From Pocillopora damicornis (taxonomy: Eukaryota), in contig NW_020843386.1 in the NCBI RefSeq assembly GCF_003704095.1, positions 1 through 64,000 on the forward strand: a DNA stretch of 64,000 nt, read 5' to 3'. Shown here in pieces: positions 36,608-48,511 of the stretch (the stretch's first letter is position 1; every line of letters starts with the position of its first letter). Below the pieces are notes generated by a model. It was not told the origin of the DNA. It made no database searches and saw nothing but the letters and a program-made list of their open reading frames with translations. Both the position numbers and the translations under genes were made by a program.

Positions 36608-39600
36608 TTAACCTCATCCACCGCCTCCTGCACCTGAAACAACAGTATTCCATCAAGCACTTCTGACAGAATATAAAAAGACAGCTGGCCACACAAGAAG
36701 CTACTGACAACTCACTTCTTTGGTGCCGAACATATTCTTCAACAGAATTGGCAAGAGATAGATTGCAGAATTTTCTCCTAGGTCAGATCACCAGGTGATA
36801 AACATGAGGGCTTTTCTATTGAGTATCATAAATGAAAGCTAACCCAACACAACAACAACTACAGCTAATCAAAACAAAAGAAAATATTACCAAAAGGCAA
36901 GGTGAAGCTAAGCTAGAAAAAAGTAAACTGCCTGAAGCACAGGAAAATGAAAGTAACCACGGACAGCTTGTTTTCGTTTTGAATCTGAGCTGTTAAAAAA
37001 GAATCCTGAGTTTACAGGACCAATTGCACAGCAAAGTCAAGCAAAACTTAAGCACAATGTGGAATACTTGTGACACTCATTTGAAAGATTGCTCTACCAG
37101 ACTTGTATGAGCACCTTGTTGAAGCTTTGCATCTCCACTTACTAAATCTGCTCATATCAGGTAACTTTTCCAGTTAAAATTTTTTTTGCCGTTTACTAAC
37201 TGAACTAAAACAATAGAGTGTAGAGTTGTGCAACTGGCTAACAAATCAAGTTAGGTGATGCTATTTGTCAACTATAGGCACAGGCAGCCCAAGCTCACAT
37301 CTTAAGAAAAAGCCAATAATTAATTCATGAAGGCATCAGGTATTAAGCTTGACTTTGTCTTTTGACAGGAATAACAGTGATGGAAAAGCAAGCTTAAAAC
37401 AGCAGAAATTGCCAGAAACTACAATGGACACACAGGATGGGAGTAAGATTTATTGATTTACATGTAAAATGTTCATATTTCAAAATATTTACTGTTTTGT
37501 TCCCCGTACTATTCCTTATAATGTGTTCAAATTTTCAACAGTTCCTCTTGTAACTTAACACCAAGTCACACAACTTGTGACGCTTTCATGAATTAACATT
37601 GCCTTTTTCTTGAGAAATGAGCTTGGGCCACCTGTGCCATAGGCTACCTTTGGCTGCCCAGTATTAACTGAACTAATTTTCATTATCAGCTGGCTCATTC
37701 TCCTAATCATGGTTTTGGAAAGTGCCTTATTCCTCAACATTTGTGACTGCATAAAAATTTATCAAAGACATTTGTTGACATACCTCTTCTTGGTGGTCTG
37801 TAGCTGAATCCACTTCCACCCCCAGATAAAGGACTGTAATCTAATTATAGTAAGAGAAATATCAATCAGAGATAATTGAATTATATAATGGTTAAACTTT
37901 GATTATCCCGACCTTGATTATTCAGGTTTTTTGATAATCCATCTTGGCTTCTTTCCATCCCATTTTTCACAAGTATTAATTAGTCACATTCAAAATCCAT
38001 AACAAATTATACAATGTTGATAAAATTCTGTTAATGTAGCTTCAAAGAATTAGCAACATGCACATGCTGTAGCAAATCTCTGGGTATTTAGATTTCATTC
38101 AGATGGGAAAGCCACACTCCTTGCAGCTTCATAGGCTCTGACTAAGCTAGGGACTGAGTGTCAGTTTGAAAGAAGACAAATAGAATATCCCAGGAGATCA
38201 GGTTTTCAATGATGTCATACATGTTGATTCATCCTTACTATTACACAGAGGACTGGGAACTATTCAGTGAAAATTTCCCTAGCATTCCACAAAGTTTGAG
38301 GAAATTCTGAAGGTGGAATTGATTCACACATCTCCAGAAGCAATAACTAAAAGATTTTTAAATGTTGTCGAAATAACAAACTACAACATTACCACTTTAC
38401 CTGATTTTCGGAGAGGCTTTTTAGGTTTTTTTGGCTTTGATGAAGGACTGGATTGCTCTGAATCCTCCTACATATTAAACACAAAAAAAGACAAACAAAC
38501 TTTACACAGATTTACTACAACTGCAATTCCACACCCATCACTGAAAAAATACTGCTTTTCTTTCCAACAAACCCTGGACAAAAATAACTTTTGCTTAGAG
38601 ATGATTTTAGGCAACTTTTCCAGGCTGATGGCTGAGATGGAAATTTGAACCTGCAACCTGATATACACACTTTTGAGCTGACATAAGTCAATTTATTTTT
38701 TAAAAAACATAAATAAACAAGAAAATGTAAAAAGCTTTATACCGGAGATTTATATCTTTTTGTGCGGTACCCTTTTCCTTCTTGATGTCTGTCCCAGTCT
38801 TCTATCTTCTCTTTTCTCCTTGTTTCATCTGCCTGGCTCCAATCAATGATAAATTACAGTTAGAGACAAAATTTGAACCATGCGCCTTTGAATTTGTAAG
38901 AGATGCATATTAAGCCTTTTGGTTAGCATGCTGTACTCAGGGTTGCGAGGTCTGGGTTTCAGAACTGGCTTTTGCGTCACTTTAAGATCATAGTGTTGTG
39001 TTCTTGAGTCAAATGCGTCACTATCAGAGTGCTTCTCTCCACCGAGGAATATAAACAGGTACCAGCAGACAAACAAACAGGTACTAAATTAGTCAGAACT
39101 AGCATCATAAGAATTGTATGACAGACAGTAAGGAGAATTACTAATGAGATCTTGGACATTAAAAGGTTAAAGGAGTGAAGGTTTTAAAGAGGAAATATAT
39201 ACAGTACCAAGGGAGGCTTACTGTTTTAAATTATAATTATACTTGCCAGCTTTTGGTCCTCCATAAACTTGGCAGCTTTGGCATCCTGTTTTTCTTGCAG
39301 TCGTCTTCTGGCATTTTCCATACTCTCCTGTTGCCTGGCTGCTTTTATTGGGTCTAAGGCATGTAAAGTCATAAACAATTAGTATTGATACTTGGAGGAA
39401 AAAAAATCAACCCTTTAATCCTATGAGTGATTAGCATCTAATTTCTCCTCACAAATTATCACCCTTGAATCACGCATTAAGGTCATAAATAAAAGAAATT
39501 ATCACCAACAAAAGAAGCTTTTGATTGTTAAACACGTTCTCCTTATCACCTTAGGGTATGTATAGAGAACAGTATGAAGAATGTGCATATTGATGTTGGG

Positions 39601-41399
39601 GTGTGAAAGGTAAATGGTTATTTTACCCTTTCACTCCCAAGATCTCCTTAGTAATTCTCCTTACTGTCTGCCATACAGTTCTTGTGATGTTAGTTGAGAG
39701 AATTTTTATTAAATCAACTAATTCATCCCTTGACTGATATTTTTCTCTATCTTTTTCTCAGTTCGTGGGCAGGTGATATTCTACAAATCCTGCAATCTGA
39801 TTGGTTCCAAGAGCAGGCAGTGTTATCCCCATTTGGCCCGCTCACAGCGGGCGGTATCCAAAAAATGTTTCGAAGTTTTCTTGGAAACCTTTTAAATTTT
39901 AAATTTAAAATTATGCAAACAAATATGTTTTGATGAAACCTCTCTCTTTCATTTGCATTGCCCTTGTTTTCTTTACCATCTACTCGTTTACAAATTGTTC
40001 TATTTAAGGAGAATCTTGCTGTAATTACAGCCCTTTATCATTCAGGTTCTTTTCACAACCATTTGTTATGTTTTAGAAAAAAATAAAAATGTTATTCACC
40101 AGCCAAGGTTGGTCTGTATTGGGAAAAACTGTGCCCTCGGTCTTGTGTACTGCCTGAGGCCATAGGCCTCAGGTGGTATCCAAGACCTTAGGTATAGTGT
40201 TTCCCAATATAGACCTCCTGTCTGGTGAATATCATATATTTATTCACATCACTTGCATAATTGATATTGTATGGATGTTGTGAGAAGAAATTCTGTCTTG
40301 GTCACTCACAGGAGGGAATTCTTTGTATGATGTATAGTAACAGTGCCTCACTTTTCTTTGGCAGGTGCAGAAGGAGACATAAAAGCCACAAAATGCATAG
40401 ACAAAGTCTAGTTTCCTGTTTGTGTCACCATTAATTTTCTCATGTTCATCACACCTCCCATTTTGCCTGCAACTCAGACTATCTGTCAGTCTGTCACTCT
40501 GATGAGAGGCTAATCCTTTAAACATCAGCTTTGAAACTCTTTACAGAGGCCAATTTACATTTCAACTCAGTCAAAAAAACCGAATTATCTTGTAATACCT
40601 CTCACCTGATGCCGCACCACAATTTCTTCTGAGACTTCTGTCTGTCTACATGTACTGTCTACCTGTCTGTTTGACAGTATGTCTCTGTTTTATTTTTACG
40701 TCTACAGTCTTCTCACATTCATGCATAATTTTTCCTTGAAAAAAAAATTGTGTTCACTCTACTCTTAGCGAAACAAATGCTCTCACTTACCAAAGTTAGC
40801 AATTTCTTGCTGTCTTTCCCACTTGTTTTGTAGTTCTTTCCAGTACGGTTTCAATTTGCTCCACAGGAATACCAGGATCACAAGCCCTATCAAAATGAGC
40901 CAGCCATAACGCTCCAGGAGCCCCACGCCTGTTAGATAGTGCAATATTCCAATTATCGAAAGGAATTATTCATGGTTTTTCATTTTTATCATTACGAAAG
41001 AAAATGTCATGTCTTACAGGATTTTTTCCGGTTTTCTGGCATTTCATTCAGCTATTTCACCGACATAAAAATATACTCTTCATGCAATTCAACATACTCC
41101 GAGGAAAAAAATTAAAATAATTTTTTGATGGTATATTAAACCAACTGACATTTGAGTCCACAAAGGTTTGTGATTATCAGGTATTTTTATGAGTCATTCC
41201 ACGGTTTCTAGCTTTTAAAAAGAATCAAAATATGTAGAGCTTTGAGTAGCACCACAATGTTTTACTGTAGCAATGTTAGCTCACCTAAATAAAATGTATC
41301 TACAAGAAATGTCGGAGTTGAATTTTCAAGCGGTCTTGACTTTGGAACTTCTTCTTGTCCGCCATTAGATCGCGCTTCGCCGGCCTGAGGACCATCCAT
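36608..41399 (-). CDS. SELENOS: Selenoprotein S (SelS/VIMP), about 199 aa, 7 exons, Sec encoded by TGA at 36614-36616
   Basis: Exons (minus): 41285-41399, 40791-40928, 39247-39353, 38743-38832, 38401-38467, 37784-37840, 36608-36633 (600 nt). The protein has a single TM segment (YGWLILIGLVILVFLW), a coiled coil (QESMENARRRLQE..RRKEKIEDWD..EGKGY) and a Gly-rich tail KPLRKSDYSPLSGGG..YRPPRRGAGGGG-U-G-stop, matching SELENOS. A SECIS lies downstream. Confidence 0.93.
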
Positions 41400-41521
41400 T
41401 TCTCACGAGCAGCGAATTTTCGTCTACTAGAGGTTGACGGCCTGCATTTTAATACAGCTGATGTTTTTCAAAGTGGAGAAATTTCCGGGTTAAAAGATTT
41501 AATTGGTCTGGTTCGACGTTA

Positions 41522-41540
41522 CGTGGAAAGTTGCTATTGA
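41522..41540 (-). promoter_or_regulatory. ERSE-like element in the SELENOS promoter
   Basis: The minus strand reads TCAAT-N9-CCACG, one mismatch to ERSE CCAAT-N9-CCACG, about 125 bp upstream of the ATG. Confidence 0.45.
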
Positions 41541-42525
41541 TTGTTTATAACCGCTGACTAACGAAGGCCGTGAAGACCTGGGGCGGTAACTGGTTGCACG
41601 GAACCTGACGGGGGAGGGGAGGGACAATAAGTGACTCATCTGAGACGGAATTTCTGGGCTGTTTTTGGTGACTTATTCTTTAAGAATTGTACGTATTACA
41701 GGCTTTACTTAAGGGAGAAAATGTCTCTTACATTCTTTAATTTCAGTCAGAGGCATGAATTACCTGGTTTAACTAAGTGAGTATGAAACAGACACAATAA
41801 ACTTTACTTTAATCAGGTCAAAAGGAGACAATAGAGATTAAGCCCAACATTTACAGCCTGTGAACGTAAACGTGTTTTCGATTGTAACTTCTCAAACCCA
41901 ACAGTTTCTTGCTTTTTTACTTCTCTTCCTTTTTTTTGTTTCTTTAAATTGTCCGGGCAAGAACATAAATTGGTAAAACGTCAATTTCTTCACATGTCTT
42001 CCGACACACAAATACCCCTTTTCAAAGCACTATATAATTATTCAGTTGTATAAACGCTCGGATTGGCTTGAATTTTGAAGGTTTGCTACGCAGTTTGCAA
42101 ACTCAGTAATGAATCAATTCTTGTGACATCCTCTGTTATATTGATTTCAAGCCATAAATAATCCGAGATTACCGGAAGAAGCTTCTTTCCAAAAAATCGT
42201 CAAATGCAATCAGCTCTAACAAATTCTTTTGAAACATTTAAACATAACAATTCATGTGAGTTTAGAGATGCAAGTTTTGACCTCTTTATAATGGCAAAAA
42301 ATATCTCCTGCTGCTGTAAAATGTGATCACATCATTTCTCAACCACAATTTTTTAATGGAATACATCCTGTGATTGCAAAGCCACATTTATGCGTGTCGT
42401 GAATTGTTGAATGTTTCATAGACTCGACCGACTGTACAAGAACAGAACTGCTTCCCTCCAAGCATAACCATGGACATTCAAAAATATATGTTGTCTAAAT
42501 AGGACGAGCTACAAAGCAAATCACT

Positions 42526-45500
42526 TCAGCCAGATTTCTTCCGACGCAAGTATTCAAACTCTTTGCTGGTTTTGAGACATTCTTCGGCCACCTCTGGCTC
42601 ATGTTGGGTTAAAATATGTCTTTTGAGATTTCCTCGCCGTTTTAACCTTTGCCCACAAATATCGCACTCAAATGGCTTCTCCTTTGAATGGGTTTTCACA
42701 TGATTCCATAATAAACTGTTATTCTTGAAAGCCTTCTTGCATTTGGGACATTTATATCGCGCAATATCAGAATGAGTTTTCTTATGGGTAGAAAGCGCAC
42801 TTGACCACGTAAACGTCTTGGCACAGATCTTACATGTATAAACCTTTTTTTCTTTCAAATTCCCAAGCTTATTGCGTGGCATATGAAGATGGTGAACATT
42901 TGTTTCGTGTTCCCTCAAACCGCGCCGACGACGAAACGTTTTGTCGCAATGACTACATTTACAAGGCTTTTCTCCAGTATGGATTCGCTCGTGATCTTTC
43001 ATGTTGTAGCTCCTGGCGAAAGCTTTATCGCAATATTGACAAACGAAGGGTTTCTTCCCGGTATGCACAATTTTGTGCTGATCAATATGGTGTCGCTGGC
43101 GGAAAGATTTGCCACATTCATCGCACTTGTACGGTCTTCGATCATAGTGAATATTCATGTGTTCCAAGTATGTCGTAGCTGATGCCAGCATTTTTCCACA
43201 TTCTTTGCACTCCAAAGATTTATTTTTCTTCTTTTTCTTGACGCCTGTGGATTTAAACAAATTGGAAATAGAGATTGCACACCATGACATCACACGAATC
43301 TAGAATAATTTACAAGATAGAAACATTACGCCCTACTCAGATAAGTGGTAGGTACGACTTATGGCGATTCTTCACCCTTTTACTACCAAGATCTTATCAG
43401 AAATCCTCTTTACTCTCTGTTATACAATTGTTATGATGTTAGCTACGAGAATTTGGTATTGGATCAACTAATAATCCTCTCATTTACATTTACTATTTCC
43501 TCATCACTTGTCTGCTTAATATTATTTTGATATACAATCGAACCTGTATTAAGCAGCACCGTACTCAGCGGTCACCGTGTGTATAGCAGTCAGCTGTAAA
43601 AGCCCCGAAATTGTTTCCCCTTGTAATTGTCACCTTTTTATAGGGGTCACCTCCATTAGGCGGTCCTGGTCACCATTTACTGAACCACTCACTCAATAAA
43701 GCTTAGGGTAAGCTTTCAACTATATTGAATTCACATCCATCTACCGACATCAATGCTAGTAGTATTTTTGAGCGAGTTTTGGTTCATTGAGTGGTCGATT
43801 ATAGCACAAAATGACGCTTTTTTTATCGTTTTTTACAACACCCCTATTCCGTGGAACCTGCATCAAGCCGTCAATCGCCATTCCCAGTGGGTGACTGCTT
43901 AATATACGTTCAACTGTATATTATAAGAAGAAACTCTGTCTTGGTCACCTATGAGAGTAAAAGGATTTAGGGATACTTGAAAAATATTCAGCAGAGAAAC
44001 TGGCTTAAACTATATCAATCTGAAAAGCATTTATGAAGAGTAACAGACCTATTCCTTAAAAAAAACTCTTCCATTCGGGCGGAAATTCCGAAACCCGATT
44101 GATCAGTTAGTTATACTCTACCATTCCTATACTACCAGTAAAAGGAACCGTACTGCAGTCCTTATCTTGTGACCAGCAAACGAATATATTATTATAAGTT
44201 ACCTGTTCCTTTCTGTCTCTCAATTTTCTTCATATTTTCACCGTTTTCTGTTGGTTGCAGGAGAGAGGGATGGACAACGACATCTATTTCATGAATGGAA
44301 GGAGTTGATTCATCACAGAGCAGCACATCAGCAGTAGTGTTGTCTGCTTCTAAAAGATGAAATTAAATGTTAAACTGAAATATGCCAAGCTTGGCCTTGC
44401 CAAGGAGACCTGAGTACAGGGCACTAAACAGCCTTTACTTGTAATAAAAGTAGCTGCTGTAAAAAAATGAAATTTTGTAAAATTGGTAAGCAGTGAAGGT
44501 TTTTTCCACAATTGAGATGTAGGGAAAAAGTTATGCTTTCAAACATTTTTGCCACAGACCTTCCTTCACAAGGTTCAGCAGCATATTTGTTCAAAAACAT
44601 ACTTTCATCCTTGAACAATTGTCAAACTTAAGCTGCAAGCTAATGTGTACTAGTTACATTACAAAAATACATTTTTCAAAGGTTGTAAAATAATAATGCC
44701 AGTTTGTGTGACAAGTAGTCCTTAGCTTTAATACAATGAGTCAAACCTGTATTTAGCAGTCACCCATGGGAAATGGAGGGGTGACAGCTTTATACAAGTT
44801 GCACAGATTATGGGTATTATAAAAAAAATAAAATAATAAAAAAATTCAACTTTATGCCATAATCGATCACTTAATGTAAATGATCTTGTTCAAAAATACA
44901 TCTTACTTTGAGTTTAGGAGAGAAACATGTATGGATTCAAAATTACATAAAAGATTACTCTTAGCTATATCTGAGTGGTTCTACCTCAGTGACCATTCAA
45001 TACAGGTGAAAAACAATAAAAACGGACCATTGGGACTTAGTAAAGGGTGACTGCGACCATTTAACAGAGGTGACTGCTTCTAAAAGATGTGAAAATTACA
45101 TTGATTAAGTGGGTAACAAGTTAGTTAAGGATGACTGCGACCATTTAACAGAGGTGACTGCTTTTAAAAGATGTGAAAATTACAGTGATTAAGAGGGAAA
45201 CAAGTTAGTTTAGGATGACTGCGACCATTTAACAGAGGTGACTGCTTCTAAAAGATGTGAAAATTACAGTGATTAAGTGGGTAACAAGTTAGTTAAGGAT
45301 GACTGCGACCATTTAACAGAGGTGACTGCTTTTAAAAGATGTGAAAATTACAGTGATTAAGAGGGAAACAAGTTAGTTTAGGATGACTGCGACCATTTAA
45401 CAGAGGTGACTGCTTCTAAAAGATGTGAAAATTACAGTGATTAAGTGGGTAACAAGTTAGTTAAGGATGACTGCGACCATTTAACAGAGGTGACTGCTTC

Positions 45501-47131
45501 TAAAAGATGTGAAAATTACATTGATTAAGGGGGAACAACTTCATGACTTTGACAATTGATACAGAGTGACCATCTCATACAGTGCCACTTAATACAGGTT
45601 TGACTGTAGATTGCTTCAGTTCAGTGGAAAGAGATTTGAGTAGATGGGGTATCACTTCTCACTTTTTTAAACATTTTTTTCATGTATATTATTGCCATGA
45701 ATTTGCAATCACGTTTGTGACATTGTGACATGTGAAGAAGTAAATCTGACTGTGATACTGGCCCCTTGAATAAATTTTGAGGCAAAAGGACAGTATGGTA
45801 GTCAGCAGGCTATGAAACACTCCCCCCCCCTCTTAGAAACTCTCTTGGAGAGGTAAAAATCCCCTTATGGGATTGGGGTGAGTGTCAGGTCAGACTAGCA
45901 AAAGAACACTTAAGGTAATAAACCAATGAATAAAGCTCTAACCTTTTGGTACAGTTTGAGAATTGTTGCCCCCTTTCTTGCGTTCTTCATCATTTTCTGT
46001 GTTCAATCCAACAACATCTAACTGATTGGCATTGTCACTTTGTGCTTCATTCAAACCATCCTGATCAGATGTCTTATCAGCATTCTGGTCACTTTGAACT
46101 TGGTTTGTGCTGCTGAATTCAGCAGTAGGAACTTCTTCTTGGAAAACTGTTCTTGTGGATATCTGTTCCACCTCATTCTCACAACTGGGCATCTCATCAG
46201 AATGAGGTTCTTCTATTTCAACACCACTGCTCTCTTTTTGAACAATTGAAACAATTTGCTCCTCAAGATCAGTTCCCTCATTTTCAACATCTGCAACTAC
46301 ACCATTTCCAGAGGATTTCTTTTTCAAAAAGTTCAAAAGAGCCAGTTTGGTAGAACTGGTTATCTGACCACACTGGCTTCTTTTAGCTTCAATGGTCTTG
46401 TGTTTGTTGTTAATTGCAAACGTTTTTGCCATTACTAGTTCTTGTTGCTGTCTCTTGTTGGAAATGTCCTCTTCACAAATAATGGTCTTGTGGTTATTGT
46501 TATTTGGGCCAGTTTTAACCACGTCTGGTATTCCTAACTGTCTCTTTTTGGAAATTTTCTCTCTGCAAACATCTTTCCTTGGAATTTGGAAGTTTAAAGG
46601 TCTTGGTATCATTACACCATTTGACAAGTTCATAGTAGCTGTTGATGGCCTGTGGCCTCTACTTGAAGTTGCTTGTGGAAGTGAATTAGATGTTGATGAA
46701 TGCAGCACATTCATGACTGAAGTTTCTTTTGATTTTGAAATTGATGTCTGAGGTGGATTTACAGTTGATGGTTGTTCTGCATCAAAAATTGATGTTTGTA
46801 TTAAATTTGATTCTTGAGATTTTCTCCCAGCCGAAAATCGTTTAATTTTTCCAACAACATTGCTTGATATTGTTTGGTGTGTAACATTACCATTACTTGA
46901 GAATCCAGATTCCTCTTTTGGTGATTTCTCAGCGGTTATGTATGAATTATTCTCTGTCAGAGATGAACAAAAGGCCACCTGGTTACGCTGGTTACCAGTT
47001 CCTTGTACTCGGTTTCCGTTGTCATCCTCAATAAGCACTTCTGGGTCAGTTTCGGCAAACTCGAAGATGAAGCTGATGGTACTGGAAGGTGAGTTGATGA
47101 CTGAAATTGCACCCTGATCCTCTATTTCCAT
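42526..47131 (-). CDS. C2H2 zinc-finger protein with 7 C-terminal fingers and a long low-complexity N-terminus, about 684 aa
   Basis: Exons (minus): 45943-47131, 44203-44349, 42526-43244, with two phase-1 introns and 2055 nt. Seven CxxC..H...H fingers with TGKKP/TGEKP linkers, preceded by KKKKKNK. The start was taken as the first ATG (MEIEDQG); the ORF track start is a TTG. Confidence 0.85.
43372..43968. mobile_element. piggyBac-type MITE interrupted by a TA-flanked TIR element (43535-43916)
   Basis: Host halves 43372-43532 and 43919-43968; insert ends TA-caatcgaacctgtattaagc...gcttaatatacgttcaactg-TA. Confidence 0.7.
44739..45608. mobile_element. TIR element (Tc1/mariner-like MITE) carrying an internal 84-bp tandem array
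   Basis: agtcaaacctgtattta...ttaatacaggtttgactgta; same TIR family as 43535-43916. Confidence 0.65.
45047..45540 (+). repeat. 84-bp minisatellite, about 6 copies, with alternating A/B variants (168-bp higher-order unit)
   Basis: tgactgcgacc at 45048, 45132, 45216, 45300, 45384 and 45468. A variant gcttcta/gtgggtaac, B variant gctttta/gagggaaac. Confidence 0.92.
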
Positions 47132-48267
47132 AATAATTTGATTCTTATATTGGTCATCACCCTTCAGCAAGTAAATCAATGCGTTGAAAGTAATCCTGCG
47201 TTGTTGAAGGAACAAAATTGCTAGTCAAATTGTACACGTGTTATACTAAAACGAAGCATATACGTCGACAATTCAAAGAAATGTATTTCTAGTTACCAAA
47301 TTGCACGGCGTAAAAGTGAGTCAACAATCCATAAAATCTAGCCAATATTTAACTTGGTGATTACTGCAAAAAGTTCGATTCATGTGTTCATTTTAGCAAC
47401 GGATCTTGCCCAGTAAGGTTTGACAGAAACTGAAATGAGTCTCTGATAATACGACCGACAATTCCTTCCATTTTAGACGTGAGCGAAATTCTTTGTACAA
47501 CAAATTTAAGAACTGTAGTGTATCGAGAACAAATTAATATTATTTTAAACAAAATATTATTACCTATCTTTTCCGATATGACTGTAAACAATATAAACTC
47601 GAGATCACGGCAAGTGAAGTGTTATTACGCCATTTTATTCAACTCGTTTCCATGAGCAGAGAGTTGACTGGTAACGACCTTTTTCAAGCGTGACATTCAC
47701 GCGTGACTTTATTTACGCTAAAAAAGTTGAAATAAACAAATAACGAAATCAAAAAGGCGTTGATCTATGCGATTTTTAGAATGTTCGATTCACATGAATT
47801 AAACTTGCTGATGATGCTTTTTGCGTATTAAAATCTGAGCTGAGGAATATTGTCGTATTAGCTCTTCATGCTTACTTACTTCTTCTATGAACGAGGAAAA
47901 AATTATCTCAGCCATGGCAGTCATGGTGTGACTTATGGAAAAACGGAAAACCACAACCAAACGAAAAATTTGAATAAAAGAGCCATTGGGTAAAGCTAAT
48001 AGAACAGAATAAAATACCGAATCCCCGAGGACATTCACTTAAACGGAAATTCACGATGTTGTGATCAGGGTCCTGACGCAGTAAATGCGAATGTACTGTA
48101 TCAATAATTGGACTTTGCCTCGATGTTGGGCAGACAAACTGGGCTATGATAACTTGCTGAAACTGTTCGCAAAGATCCACCAAATTACGCCCCATTCTGC
48201 TAAAGGCGAAAAAAACGAACAAATAGACCGAAGAAGATGATATCTGTTGTCGAACGTAGTCACGGTC

Positions 48268-48330
48268 GGGATTCCTTTTTATAGGAGCGTGCAGTCATCA
48301 TCGGGGAAACCCCCTCACCTCGGCCCAATC
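48268..48330 (+). promoter_or_regulatory. kappaB site and CCAAT box upstream of the second IkappaB-family gene
   Basis: GGGGAAACCCC 48303-48313, a weaker GGGATTCC 48268-48275 and CCAAT near 48325, about 200 bp upstream of the ATG. Confidence 0.6.
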
Positions 48331-48511
48331 AAGACGAACAACCAAGTATTTGCATCACAAGGTTTGCCCGATTGCATGTGCTTGGCTCGGATCTTCGTGA
48401 ATTAATGAAAACATGTTTTTCCAGTTTTGTAGCAAGAATTTAAGAAGAATCTTTGGCTAAAGCTTGAAATGCTGGTCTGGAGAATTCAAGGGATATTTTA
48501 CACGAGATCTC

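Noticed and set aside
42834-47117. Plus-strand ORFs overlapping the zinc-finger gene
   Set aside because: Antisense shadows of real coding exons.
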